DNA of 64,000 bases, taken from contig CAMQZB010000001.1 of assembly GCA_947039455.1 (NCBI GenBank), positions 15,877 through 79,876 of the forward strand. The letters run 5' to 3'. The position numbers and the translations under genes were made by a program. Position 1 is the first letter of the stretch. Each line of letters starts with the position of its first letter. Below the pieces are notes generated by a model that was given only the letters and a program-made list of their open reading frames with translations, did not search any database and had not been told where the DNA came from. The DNA is from an uncultured Clostridia bacterium. GTDB taxonomy: Bacteria; Bacillota; Clostridia; Christensenellales; CAMQZB01. Shown piece after piece: positions 54,962-64,000 of the stretch.

Positions 54962-55975
54962 ATGGTGAATGTAGGAATAGTTGGAGTTGGAACATACTTC
55001 CCAAAATCATACAAAACAGCAAGCGACATTGCGGAAGCAACAAACGGAGTTTGGAGTGCAGATGCAGTTGAGAACAAGCTAGGAATAAAGAAAGTATTTA
55101 TTCCAGGCCCTGAAGACGGCACACAAGAAATGGGTGCAAAAGCGGGCTTGAAATGTTTAGAAAACACAGGAGTTGACCCAAAGGAAATCGACGTAGTTCT
55201 TTGCATAGGCGAAGAGTGGAAAGAGTATCCTTTGACAACATCAGCACTATACATTCAAGATCGTATCGGAGCAGTAAACGCTTGGGGCATTGATGTAGCA
55301 AATAGATGTTGCACATGCGTATCAGCTATGAAAATTGCAAAAGATATGTTGATTGCCGATGATGAAATCAATACTATCATGGTAGTTGGCGGATACAGAA
55401 ACGGTGACTTCGTTGATTACACAGACAAGAATATGTCTATGATGTTCAACTTGTCAGCAGGTGGTGGAGCTATAATCTTGAAAAAGAACTATGGCAAAAA
55501 CTTACTTCTAGGATCAAAAGTAATTGCAGACGGAAGTTTAGCAAGAACAGCAGGAGTAGAGATTGGCGGAACAGTTAATCCAATAACTGCTGATAACCTA
55601 GAAGCGTCAAGAAAATCCCTAAGATTACTAGACCCAGTTAAAATGAAAACTCGTTTAAACGAAGTTTCAATGCCAAACTGGTTTAAATGTATAGATGAGA
55701 GTTTGAAACAAGCTAAGATGACAAGAGCAGATATCGACTATCTTGATGTATTGCACATGAAGAAAAGCGGACATATCGGAATGCTTAATGATCTTGGAAT
55801 GACTGAAGACCAATCAATCTACCTAGAAGATTATGGACACGTTGGACAAATTGACCAAATCCTATCACTAGAACTTGGATTAAAAGAAGGAAAAGTGAAA
55901 GACGGCTCAGTAGTATGTATGATCGCAGCCGGAATAGGATATGTTTGGTCAGCAAATATAATTAAGTGGGGGTAA
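54962..55975 (+). CDS. Thiolase-fold condensing enzyme (KAS III / archaeal-type HMG-CoA synthase-like); alternative start at 54950
   Basis: VGIVGVGTYFPK N-terminus, GEEW, and DVANRCCTC (candidate nucleophile Cys). GGAGG 5 nt upstream of 54962. Confidence 0.65.
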   Translation: MVNVGIVGVGTYFPKSYKTASDIAEATNGVWSADAVENKLGIKKVFIPGPEDGTQEMGAKAGLKCLENTGVDPKEIDVVLCIGEEWKEYPLTTSALYIQDRIGAVNAWGIDVANRCCTCVSAMKIAKDMLIADDEINTIMVVGGYRNGDFVDYTDKNMSMMFNLSAGGGAIILKKNYGKNLLLGSKVIADGSLARTAGVEIGGTVNPITADNLEASRKSLRLLDPVKMKTRLNEVSMPNWFKCIDESLKQAKMTRADIDYLDVLHMKKSGHIGMLNDLGMTEDQSIYLEDYGHVGQIDQILSLELGLKEGKVKDGSVVCMIAAGIGYVWSANIIKWG

Positions 55976-55982
55976 AAAAACT

Positions 55983-56873
55983 ATGGATTTAGGATTATTT
56001 TTACAAACAATAGTTAACAGTTTCCAAGGAATAGCAATGTACTCACTTGCAACCTTTGGGATTGTACTAATATTCCGTACTTCAGCAACAACAAACTTTG
56101 CTCAAGGAGCTATAGCAACATTCGGTTGTTATGTAGCAACACAATTCGGTGTAATAAACGGAATGAATCTTTGGGTATCGTTAGTACTTGGAATGTTGAC
56201 CGCATTTGCATTAGGCGTAATTATCGATAACTTTATCATAAGACGAGGAAAAGATGTAAACGCAGCAGGAAAGCAAATGATAACTATGGGATTGCTACTA
56301 GTATTTACAAATATAATACCAGTTATATTCTCAATGATAACTATCACAACACCAGCAACTAAGAACTTTGCAACAGGAAGTTTTAACTTTACGTTATTAG
56401 GGCAAGATATTTATTGGCCATATCAATCAATGATATGCGTACTTCTAGCGGTAGTATTGCTTGGAGCAGTATTTGCAGCATTGAAGTTCACAAAATGGGG
56501 ACTTGGAGTGCGTGCAACAGCGTCTAACGAAACTGTAGCAAAAATGATGGGCGTAAATACAAAGGTAATCACAGCATTAAGTTGGGCGATTGCCGGAGCA
56601 CTAGCAACAGTAGCAGCGTGTTCAATGCAAACAGTACTAAACCCAGCAATGATGGGAAAAGCTCAAACATACGGATTCTTAGCCTGCGTGCTTGGAGGAT
56701 TGTCAAGCTTTATAGCACCAATTATTGGAGCAATCATAATTCCAGTAGTAATAAACTTCGCAGCAATATACACATCAGCATGGGCTGAACTAATCATGTT
56801 CTGCATCGTATTGCTTCTAATTCTTATTAGACCAAATGGACTATTCGGCAAGAAGTTCATAAAGAAGGTGTAA
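55983..56873 (+). CDS. Branched-chain amino acid-type ABC permease (LivH family)
   Basis: 296-aa polytopic protein with a LivH-like layout. First of the permease pair. Confidence 0.75.
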   Translation: MDLGLFLQTIVNSFQGIAMYSLATFGIVLIFRTSATTNFAQGAIATFGCYVATQFGVINGMNLWVSLVLGMLTAFALGVIIDNFIIRRGKDVNAAGKQMITMGLLLVFTNIIPVIFSMITITTPATKNFATGSFNFTLLGQDIYWPYQSMICVLLAVVLLGAVFAALKFTKWGLGVRATASNETVAKMMGVNTKVITALSWAIAGALATVAACSMQTVLNPAMMGKAQTYGFLACVLGGLSSFIAPIIGAIIIPVVINFAAIYTSAWAELIMFCIVLLLILIRPNGLFGKKFIKKV

Positions 56874-56874
56874 A

Positions 56875-57945
56875 ATGATTAAAAATAAAATGAAAAATCC
56901 TTTAGTAGCGAAAATTGCTAAAGTATCAAAACATCCATATGCAACATTCATATACTTTGGATTAGCAACAGTAGTATTGTTATTACTTCAAATGTTTACT
57001 CCATTGATAAAATACTCATTTGTAGGCGCACTTGCACAAACAATGTGTTATGCAATCGTAGCCGTGGGGTTCTCGTATCTATTAGGATATGCAGGATTAT
57101 CATCACTAGGAACAGCGGGTTTCGTAGGACTAGGTTCATACATTACAGTTTATATGCTACGCACATATTCTGGAATGAACTATTTCGTAGTGATGTTAAT
57201 TGTGTTAGTAGTATCTATTATAATCGGATTAATAGTAGGATTTATCTCACTAAGAATTGAAGGAATTTTCCTTGCAATCGTAACTCTAGGATTATCTGAG
57301 GTATTCTATCAAGTATTTATGAACGCAACAGAGTTTACAGGTGGATCAAACGGAACATCATTCACAGGTGAAGTAAATATCTTCCCAGGAATAAGTTTAG
57401 GCCGTGAGGGTGTCTTTATAATGATAGCTGTATTCTTAACGGCAATGATCATAATGACATTCAACCTAGTAAACAGCCCAACAGGCAGAGCAATGCTAGC
57501 AATGAAAAACTCAACATCAGCAGCGCAAGCAATGGGAATTTCACTTCTAAAATACAGACTACTTGCATTTATCTTAGCAACAATTTACGCAGCAATCGCT
57601 GGTTCATTGCTAATGACATTTAACAAGTATACCGATCCAAAGAGTTGGACGATAATGTTCTCTCTAAACATCTTAGCAGCGTGTTTGTTGGGTGGCACAA
57701 GATCAATTTGGGGTATATTTATCGGTACGTTCTTCGTATTCGGTTTAACGCCTATGTTCCTAAACGACATAGTATTCTTGAGAAACAATCCATGGTTGTT
57801 GTCAACAATTATAGGTGTAGTACTAATTTTAGTTCTTATGTTCTATAAAGGTGGATTAATGCAATTATTACACGATATTAAGAAATTTGTAAATAACAAA
57901 ATAAGTAAGAGAAGGGAGTTTAAGTATGGAAAAGATGAAATCTAA
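56875..57945 (+). CDS. Branched-chain amino acid-type ABC permease (LivM family)
   Basis: 356-aa polytopic protein. GYAGLSSLGTAGFVGLGSY motif. Confidence 0.75.
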   Translation: MIKNKMKNPLVAKIAKVSKHPYATFIYFGLATVVLLLLQMFTPLIKYSFVGALAQTMCYAIVAVGFSYLLGYAGLSSLGTAGFVGLGSYITVYMLRTYSGMNYFVVMLIVLVVSIIIGLIVGFISLRIEGIFLAIVTLGLSEVFYQVFMNATEFTGGSNGTSFTGEVNIFPGISLGREGVFIMIAVFLTAMIIMTFNLVNSPTGRAMLAMKNSTSAAQAMGISLLKYRLLAFILATIYAAIAGSLLMTFNKYTDPKSWTIMFSLNILAACLLGGTRSIWGIFIGTFFVFGLTPMFLNDIVFLRNNPWLLSTIIGVVLILVLMFYKGGLMQLLHDIKKFVNNKISKRREFKYGKDEI

Positions 57946-59395
57946 TAGCAAAATAAATACTCTCGCATCAAAAATTGAGCAATTAAAACATAAACTTGAT
58001 TTGAACAAAGCACTTGTAGAGTTAGAGCAAAGCAAACTTGACGACGTACGTAAAAGTAAAGTTGATAGTTTTAAATTTAAATTATCAAAAAATCTTTTAA
58101 AACTTGAAAGAGAGTCAATTCCTGCTGAAGAATTGTTTAATGTTGAAAATCAAAAAAACTTTGTTAAATTTGATAAAAAGTTAGACCTTGAATACAGAGC
58201 AAAAAGACAAACTTTAAGAAGAGATGAGAACCTTGTAGATAAACAAAACAATGTAACAGGCGAACTTTCTAGCAAAGCTCAAGCTGAGCTAGTAGCTTTC
58301 AAAGGAGAACTTGACGCAAAGAAAATTGCACATGTTGAAGCATTAAGAGCAAAGTTCAAACAATTACAAGAACCAAAAACAACACAAGAACTAGCGCAAG
58401 CAGTTTCAGCTTATGAAAAAGCTCAAAGTGAGGCAGATGACGCAGCAAAAGCATTTGACCTAGAACTTATAGCTAAACATAACGAGAAAATAGAAGGGTA
58501 CAAAGCAAAAGTAGACGTAAAAATTACAGCAATGCAAAAAGGGTACGATGAATCTAAATCCGAGTTAAACGCTTTACAAAAAGAAGATCAAAAAAGTCAA
58601 TATCAACTTGCTGATGATACAATTTTAAAACTTGAACATCTAACAATGCAATTCGGTGGACTAAAAGCGGTAAATGATTTATCATTTGAAGTTAAGAAAG
58701 GCGAGATATTCGGTTTAATAGGACCAAACGGAGCGGGAAAAACAACAGTGTTTAACTGCATCACTCAATTCTATAAACCAACTTCAGGCGACGTTTGGTA
58801 TAAAGATGCCAAAGATCAAGTACATTATTTAAATGATTATGTAGTGCATAACGTTATTCGTTATGGAATCGTTAGAACATTCCAAAACGTAGAAGTTATT
58901 GCTGAATTAAGTATTTTAGAAAACCTTTTGATCGCAGCTCATACTCAGTATAAAACAAGTATTTTTGCACAAATGATAAATTCTCCACATTTAAAACGTG
59001 AAGAAATATTATTAAGAAGAAAAGCACAAAAGATTTTAAAATATCTAAAACTTGACGACATACAAGACGTACCACCAGTTGGAATGCCTTACGGTGTGTT
59101 AAAGAAAATAGAGCTTGCCCGTACACTAATGGCAGGAGCAAACTTGATTATCCTTGACGAGCCGGCGGCAGGTCTAAACGATCAAGAAACTTTAGAGCTA
59201 GCAGAGATAATCAAAGATATTAAAAACGAATATAAAGTAACAATCTTCCTAGTAGAACATGATATGGGACTTGTTATGGATATTTGCGATCACATCTGTG
59301 CAATATCTTTTGGTAGCAAACTTGCATACGGAACACCTTCAGAGATTCAATCTAACAAAAAAGTACAAGAAGCATATCTTGGAAGTGAGGACTAA
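57926..59395 (+). CDS. LivG-type ABC ATPase with a ~235-aa N-terminal coiled-coil-like extension
   Basis: Walker [10 protein letters not shown] is at about residue 268 of 489. The signature-motif position reads [11 protein letters not shown]. Walker [12 protein letters not shown]. The N-terminal region is K/E/Q/A-rich. Confidence 0.8.
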   Translation: MEKMKSNSKINTLASKIEQLKHKLDLNKALVELEQSKLDDVRKSKVDSFKFKLSKNLLKLERESIPAEELFNVENQKNFVKFDKKLDLEYRAKRQTLRRDENLVDKQNNVTGELSSKAQAELVAFKGELDAKKIAHVEALRAKFKQLQEPKTTQELAQAVSAYEKAQSEADDAAKAFDLELIAKHNEKIEGYKAKVDVKITAMQKGYDESKSELNALQKEDQKSQYQLADDTILKLEHLTMQFGGLKAVNDLSFEVKKGEIFGLIGPNGAGKTTVFNCITQFYKPTSGDVWYKDAKDQVHYLNDYVVHNVIRYGIVRTFQNVEVIAELSILENLLIAAHTQYKTSIFAQMINSPHLKREEILLRRKAQKILKYLKLDDIQDVPPVGMPYGVLKKIELARTLMAGANLIILDEPAAGLNDQETLELAEIIKDIKNEYKVTIFLVEHDMGLVMDICDHICAISFGSKLAYGTPSEIQSNKKVQEAYLGSED

Positions 59396-59396
59396 T

Positions 59397-60170
59397 ATGG
59401 GAATAGCATTAAAATTAGATAAATTATCAGTTTCTTACGGAGCAATAGCAGCCTTGAAAGAGGTGACTATTGAGGTAGAAGAAGGTTCAATAGTAGCACT
59501 GCTTGGTGCAAACGGTGCAGGTAAATCTACACTGTTACGTACAGTTTCTGGAATAGTTAAAGCAAGTGGTGGAGACATCACATTGTTTGATAAAAGCATA
59601 TTAGGAATTGAGCCATACAAAATTGCATACGCAGGAGTAATTCAGTCACCAGAAGGTCGTATGATTTTAAACGGACTTACTGTTGAAGATAATCTTCTAG
59701 TAGGAACTTATGGTCTAAAAAAACAAGAAACAACTTATTTTGAAGAAGGGCAAAAAATAACGAGAGTTATGAGTGTCAAAGAACAAAAAAAGAGAAATTT
59801 CGAAAGAGTATATAAATACTTCCCAATCTTGAAAGACAGAAAATCTCAACAAGCAAGTACATTGTCAGGAGGCGAGCAACAAATGCTAGCAATCGGACGT
59901 GCACTAATGGCAAGTCCAAAAGTGTTACTACTTGATGAGCCATCATTGGGATTAGCCCCTCTTATTGTTCGTGATATTTTTTCTATCATCGACCAAATTA
60001 GACAAGAGGGAAACACGATTCTAATAGTAGAACAAAATGCGTACCAAACATTGAAAATTGCAAACTACGGATATGTTCTAGAACTTGGAAAAGTAACAAT
60101 AGAAGGACCAGCTAAAGAGCTTCTTTCAAATGAGAAGTTAATTGAAGCGTACCTAGGTGGAAAACACTAA
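59397..60170 (+). CDS. LivF-type ABC ATPase
   Basis: GANGAGKST, LSGGEQQMLAIGRAL, LLLDEPSLGLAP. Start moved to the ATG after GAGG, 2 nt past the livG stop. Confidence 0.85.
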   Translation: MGIALKLDKLSVSYGAIAALKEVTIEVEEGSIVALLGANGAGKSTLLRTVSGIVKASGGDITLFDKSILGIEPYKIAYAGVIQSPEGRMILNGLTVEDNLLVGTYGLKKQETTYFEEGQKITRVMSVKEQKKRNFERVYKYFPILKDRKSQQASTLSGGEQQMLAIGRALMASPKVLLLDEPSLGLAPLIVRDIFSIIDQIRQEGNTILIVEQNAYQTLKIANYGYVLELGKVTIEGPAKELLSNEKLIEAYLGGKH

Positions 60171-60229
60171 AAAATAGCCATTAAGTCCAAAGAAATTGGA
60201 TTTATAATATAAAATGGAGGAAATGAATT

Positions 60230-61531
60230 ATGAAAAAATTAATAGCAATCGTATTAATTATCGCAATGCTAGTATCAACAGTAGCATGTGGCGGTGGAGC
60301 TGGTGAAATCACTATCGGCGCATCAATCACAAGCACAGGCCCTTATGCAGCAGTAGGTGTACCTTACGGTAACTTCTACAAAGCGTATGTTGATTACATC
60401 AACGCTCATCCAGAGAGTTATCCAGAAATGGGTGGGAAAACTCTAAATGCAATCGTTTATGACGATGCAGGTGATGGTGCTCAAGGAAAACAATACATCG
60501 AAAAACTTATCAATGATGATAAAGTTGATGCATTAGTAGGTATTCTTGGAACATGGAACGTAGTAGCTGCTCAAGAAGTTCTTGAGACTGCTGGTATTCC
60601 ATCAGTTTACTTCGGTACTGGATCATCAGCACAAATGTATGAGCCAGCAGAAGGCGACCAAAGATATATGATGGGTGTTCAACCTTTGTACAAAACTGAA
60701 GGAAGACTTATGTACCTTCGTGCAATTACAGAGTTCGAAGACGTAAAAACTATTGGTGTTATCCACTCTGACGCAGATGACGGAATTTCATTGAAAGACG
60801 GAATCATGGCGCAAATGGAAGAAGATAAACGTGAAAACAAACCTACAGTAATTTTCCAACAAATTTCATCATCAGCAACTAAAACAGATATCACTTCTCA
60901 AGTAGCTGCAATTGAAGGTTGTGACGTAATTATCGCTGCTGGTAACCAAGCACCATTCCAAGCAATCTACAAAGCAACTCAAGAAAATGTTTCAACAAAA
61001 GGTGTTCCAATTCTTACAACTTATGTAAACATTGCACCAACTAACATGCCTGAAGAAGCAATCGTAGAAGGTAACAGCGAAATTTTCGGTGCTTCATGGA
61101 TCGTATTTGGCGAAGAAGCAGGTTCATCAGATGAAGCAGACAGACGTCTTGCTGATTATGCTGAGTACTGTGCAGTAGTTGATTGGGATACAAAACATAT
61201 TCCAGCTGACCAAAAAGAAGCTTACAAAGCAAACGCATATGCAATGAGTTCATTCATCGCTATCCGTACATTCCTAGTAGGAATGGAAAGACTTACTGAA
61301 GGTGCATTAGAATTCACTCCAGAAAACTACTTGAAAGTTATGGAAGCTGAACGTGTTCCAATCGCAATCTCAGGATCAGCAAAATACGAAAACGGACAAC
61401 GTATCGGACTAGATTCATTGTCATTCGTAAAATTCGTACCAACTGCTGGAGAAGCAGCTGCTAAAGGTACTTTCGTAGAAATGGATGCTATGCAATCAAT
61501 CGACGATCTTATCTCTAAATTAGTAGGTTAA
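60230..61531 (+). CDS. ABC substrate-binding lipoprotein (type 1 PBP, Liv/amide-urea family)
   Basis: Lipobox VSTVACGG. 433 aa. Last gene of the transporter block. Confidence 0.7.
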   Translation: MKKLIAIVLIIAMLVSTVACGGGAGEITIGASITSTGPYAAVGVPYGNFYKAYVDYINAHPESYPEMGGKTLNAIVYDDAGDGAQGKQYIEKLINDDKVDALVGILGTWNVVAAQEVLETAGIPSVYFGTGSSAQMYEPAEGDQRYMMGVQPLYKTEGRLMYLRAITEFEDVKTIGVIHSDADDGISLKDGIMAQMEEDKRENKPTVIFQQISSSATKTDITSQVAAIEGCDVIIAAGNQAPFQAIYKATQENVSTKGVPILTTYVNIAPTNMPEEAIVEGNSEIFGASWIVFGEEAGSSDEADRRLADYAEYCAVVDWDTKHIPADQKEAYKANAYAMSSFIAIRTFLVGMERLTEGALEFTPENYLKVMEAERVPIAISGSAKYENGQRIGLDSLSFVKFVPTAGEAAAKGTFVEMDAMQSIDDLISKLVG

Positions 61532-61583
61532 TCTAAAGCCAATCTATTATTTGTGAAAGCAAATAAAATAAGTTATCATATTG

Positions 61584-61613
61584 TTGATTGGGGAGGGCGA
61601 CCTCCCCTTGATA
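61584..61613 (+). terminator. GC-rich hairpin without a U-tract (possible terminator or stabiliser)
   Basis: ggggagg-gcga-cctcccc, flanked by tattgt...acaata. Confidence 0.4.
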
Positions 61614-61802
61614 CAATAAATTATTTATTTATCAAAAACAACCAAATAAATACATACTAAAAACTAAAGAATATTGTATAATTGATGCAATATAAATCAG
61701 AAAAATCAAATGAAAAACAGTTTCTTGTTTTATTAAGTAAAAGCAAGCAAAAATTATCGAATAATTTCTCAAAAAAATATTATTAACAGGAGATTTATAT
61801 AC

Positions 61803-63113
61803 ATGGCAAAAATAATAACAGCTGAAAAAGCTCTAGAATTAGTAAAAGACGGTGATTATATAGTGGTGGGAATGGCTTCAAGCGAACCGCTAGAATTTTG
61901 TTCAAATCTGCACAAAATTGCACCAAGAATTGATCAAATCACACTAACAAACTGCCTAGCAATGAAAGCTTATGATTTTATGACTGATGAATCAATTAGA
62001 AGTAAATTCAATGTAGAAAGCTGGTTTTTTGATGGAACATCAAGAAAGAATTTCCAACAAGGAAACTTTTCATTCATACCAAACCACTTGCATTTCGCAT
62101 CATCAAAAAGATTAGTTCACAAAAGCCCTGACATCACAATAGTAAGTGCATCAATGCCTGATAAACACGGATATGTATCAGTAGCGCTAGCAAATGTGTA
62201 TGAGCAAGAGCATTTGAAACGTGCCAAAATCTCAATCCTAGAGATTAATCCAAATATTCCAAGAACATTCGGAGACGTGTCAGTGCATATTGACGACATC
62301 GACTATCTAGTTGAATGTAGTTACCAACCACCAATTATTCCTGAAGGCGTATCAAACGATAAAGACAAAAAAATCGGAGCATACATTGCTGATTACATTA
62401 AAGACGGCGACTGTCTACAAGTAGGCATAGGCGGAATTCCTGACGCAGTAGTAGCATCTTTATTCGACAAAAAAGACCTTGGTGTACATACCGAAATGAT
62501 GACAACAGGTCTTATGAAACTAGCAAAAGCTGGCGTAGTAAACGGTTCAAAAAAGCAAACACACGTAGGCAAAATAGTAGCATGTTTCGCTGCAGGAACA
62601 CAAGAATTATATGAATATATGGACGATAACCCATCAATTTTAATAATGGACGGCGCATATGTAAACGATTCATGGGTAATTTCTCAAAATGACAATCAAG
62701 TATCAATAAACACAACTTTGGAAATCGATTTAGTTGGACAATGTTGTTCAGAATCAATCGGTTCACGTCAATTCTCAGGAACAGGCGGACAAACTGATAC
62801 AGCGGTTGGCGCGAAAATGTCTAAAAACGGACGCTCATTTATTGCATTATATTCAACAGCAATGGTGAAAAATAAAGCAACAGGTGAAAGAGAAGAAAAG
62901 AGTAAAATCGTAGCACAATTAACAGCTGGTGCAATAGTTTCATTGTCAAGAAACGACGTGGATTATGTAGTAACTGAGTATGGTTGCGTATGCTTAACAG
63001 GAACATCATGTGCTGAGCGTGTGGAATTACTAATCTCAATCGCACACCCAGATTTCCGTGATCAACTATGGAACGACGCAATCAAATGCGGAGTAGCGGT
63101 TAAAAGGGTATAA
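61803..63113 (+). CDS. Acetyl-CoA hydrolase/transferase family CoA-transferase (butyryl-CoA:acetate or 4-hydroxybutyrate type)
   Basis: 436 aa. N-terminus ITAEKALELVKDGDYIVVGMASSEP. GIGGIPDAV and EMMT(T)G motifs. Confidence 0.75.
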   Translation: MAKIITAEKALELVKDGDYIVVGMASSEPLEFCSNLHKIAPRIDQITLTNCLAMKAYDFMTDESIRSKFNVESWFFDGTSRKNFQQGNFSFIPNHLHFASSKRLVHKSPDITIVSASMPDKHGYVSVALANVYEQEHLKRAKISILEINPNIPRTFGDVSVHIDDIDYLVECSYQPPIIPEGVSNDKDKKIGAYIADYIKDGDCLQVGIGGIPDAVVASLFDKKDLGVHTEMMTTGLMKLAKAGVVNGSKKQTHVGKIVACFAAGTQELYEYMDDNPSILIMDGAYVNDSWVISQNDNQVSINTTLEIDLVGQCCSESIGSRQFSGTGGQTDTAVGAKMSKNGRSFIALYSTAMVKNKATGEREEKSKIVAQLTAGAIVSLSRNDVDYVVTEYGCVCLTGTSCAERVELLISIAHPDFRDQLWNDAIKCGVAVKRV

Positions 63114-63117
63114 AATC

Positions 63118-63939
63118 ATGTCAGAATTTAATTTTAAAAACAATATAATACATTATGAAGTTTATGGAGAAGGGAAACCTCTAATTATTTTAAACGGAAT
63201 AATGATGACAACAAAAAGTTGGGAAATCTTTAAAACAGCATTTTCAAAAAACAATAAATTAATACTTGTTGACTTCCTTGATCAAGGAGCTAGCTGTCGA
63301 ATGACTGAAAGCTACACGCAAAAAGACCAAGTTGAAGTTCTTCGAGAATTATATAATGAATTAGGTATTGACAAAGCAAGCCTTTGTGGTATATCATATG
63401 GTGGAGAAGTAGCAATACAATTCGCAATAAAATACGGTGACTTAGTTGATAAACTAGTATTGTCAAACACAGCAGGAAGAACAAGCCCATGGCTACGTGA
63501 TATCGGAAACGCATGGAACGCAGCTGGAGAGAATGAAAACTGCGGACAACAGTACTATTTAACAGCAATTCCAGTTATATATTCACCGAAATTCTATGAA
63601 GATCGCCTTGATTGGATGAAAAATCGCGAGAAAATTCTAGTACCGTATTTCAATGACAAAACGGTAATGGCAACAATCAAACGTCTAGTAATCAGTGCGG
63701 AAAACTACAACGAAGTGAATAATTTAGAGAAAATAACAGCAAAAACATTGGTAATAAGTTGTGATGAAGACTATTTAACACCAATGAAAGAGCAAAACAT
63801 TTTGAAATCAAAAATTCCAAACAGCCAACTAGTAATAATACCAGAAGTGGGTCATGCGTCAATGTACGAAAAACCTGAATTATGGGCTACACTAGTTTTA
63901 GGATTTGTGAATTTGGATTGTAATATTAAACTTATATAA
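63118..63939 (+). CDS. Alpha/beta-fold hydrolase
   Basis: Nucleophile elbow GISYGG, C-terminal GHASMYEKP. 273 aa. 4-nt gap after the CoA-transferase gene. Confidence 0.7.
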   Translation: MSEFNFKNNIIHYEVYGEGKPLIILNGIMMTTKSWEIFKTAFSKNNKLILVDFLDQGASCRMTESYTQKDQVEVLRELYNELGIDKASLCGISYGGEVAIQFAIKYGDLVDKLVLSNTAGRTSPWLRDIGNAWNAAGENENCGQQYYLTAIPVIYSPKFYEDRLDWMKNREKILVPYFNDKTVMATIKRLVISAENYNEVNNLEKITAKTLVISCDEDYLTPMKEQNILKSKIPNSQLVIIPEVGHASMYEKPELWATLVLGFVNLDCNIKLI

Positions 63940-63960
63940 AATTTTAAGGAGGACGAATAA

Positions 63961-64000
63961 ATGATGAAGTTCGAGAAAAAAAGAGTAAATATAGGCAAAG
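63961..64000 (+). CDS. 5' end of an unidentified ORF running off the window
   Basis: AAGGAGG RBS 7 nt upstream of the ATG. Only 13 codons are visible. Confidence 0.3.
   Translation, partial: MMKFEKKRVNIGK

Overview
AT-rich Bacillota-type chromosomal segment. I saw no rRNA, tRNA, CRISPR array, transposase or integrase. All coordinates and motifs were read by eye, and no database search was possible. Gene content, left to right: (1) A complete de novo pyrimidine operon lies on the minus strand (pyrB-pyrC-carA-carB-pyrK-pyrD-pyrF-pyrE). It has its own promoter, a 27-codon leader ORF and an intrinsic attenuator. (2) Next come an acyl-ACP thioesterase, a polytopic GT-C-like membrane protein, an FMN riboswitch with ribU, and ddh. 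(3) An accessory-looking stretch follows with a SLOG protein, XRE regulators, and an ECF sigma factor translationally coupled to a membrane-anchored serpin. A second, leaderless serpin paralog follows, then NhaC and an MMPL transporter coupled to a lipoprotein. (4) A B. subtilis-like block runs ytxC-like, T-box, thrS, L20 leader, infC (AUU start), rpmI, rplT, SpoU-type methyltransferase, yebC. (5) A 2910-aa GLUG/MBG-repeat surface protein is next. (6) Then TM2/XRE, proA, mrp, a C_GCAxxG protein and a PadR + HAAS-like pair. (7) The right end is a TetR-flanked acyl-CoA cluster (MaoC hydratase, Bcd, EtfBA, thiolase, SDR, KASIII/HMGS-like condensing enzyme). A Liv-type ABC importer is embedded in it, followed by a CoA-transferase and an alpha/beta hydrolase. 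Most notable observations: the sigma/anti-sigma::serpin/serpin module; a CarA whose glutaminase triad reads Ala-Tyr-Asp; a GC-rich repeat family with an (AAACCC)8 microsatellite set in long G-free C/A tracts; a butyrate-type pathway that appears to use R-specific enzymes; a LivG ATPase with a ~235-aa coiled-coil N-terminal extension; and a 4-copy palindromic operator tying the TetR gene to two operons.
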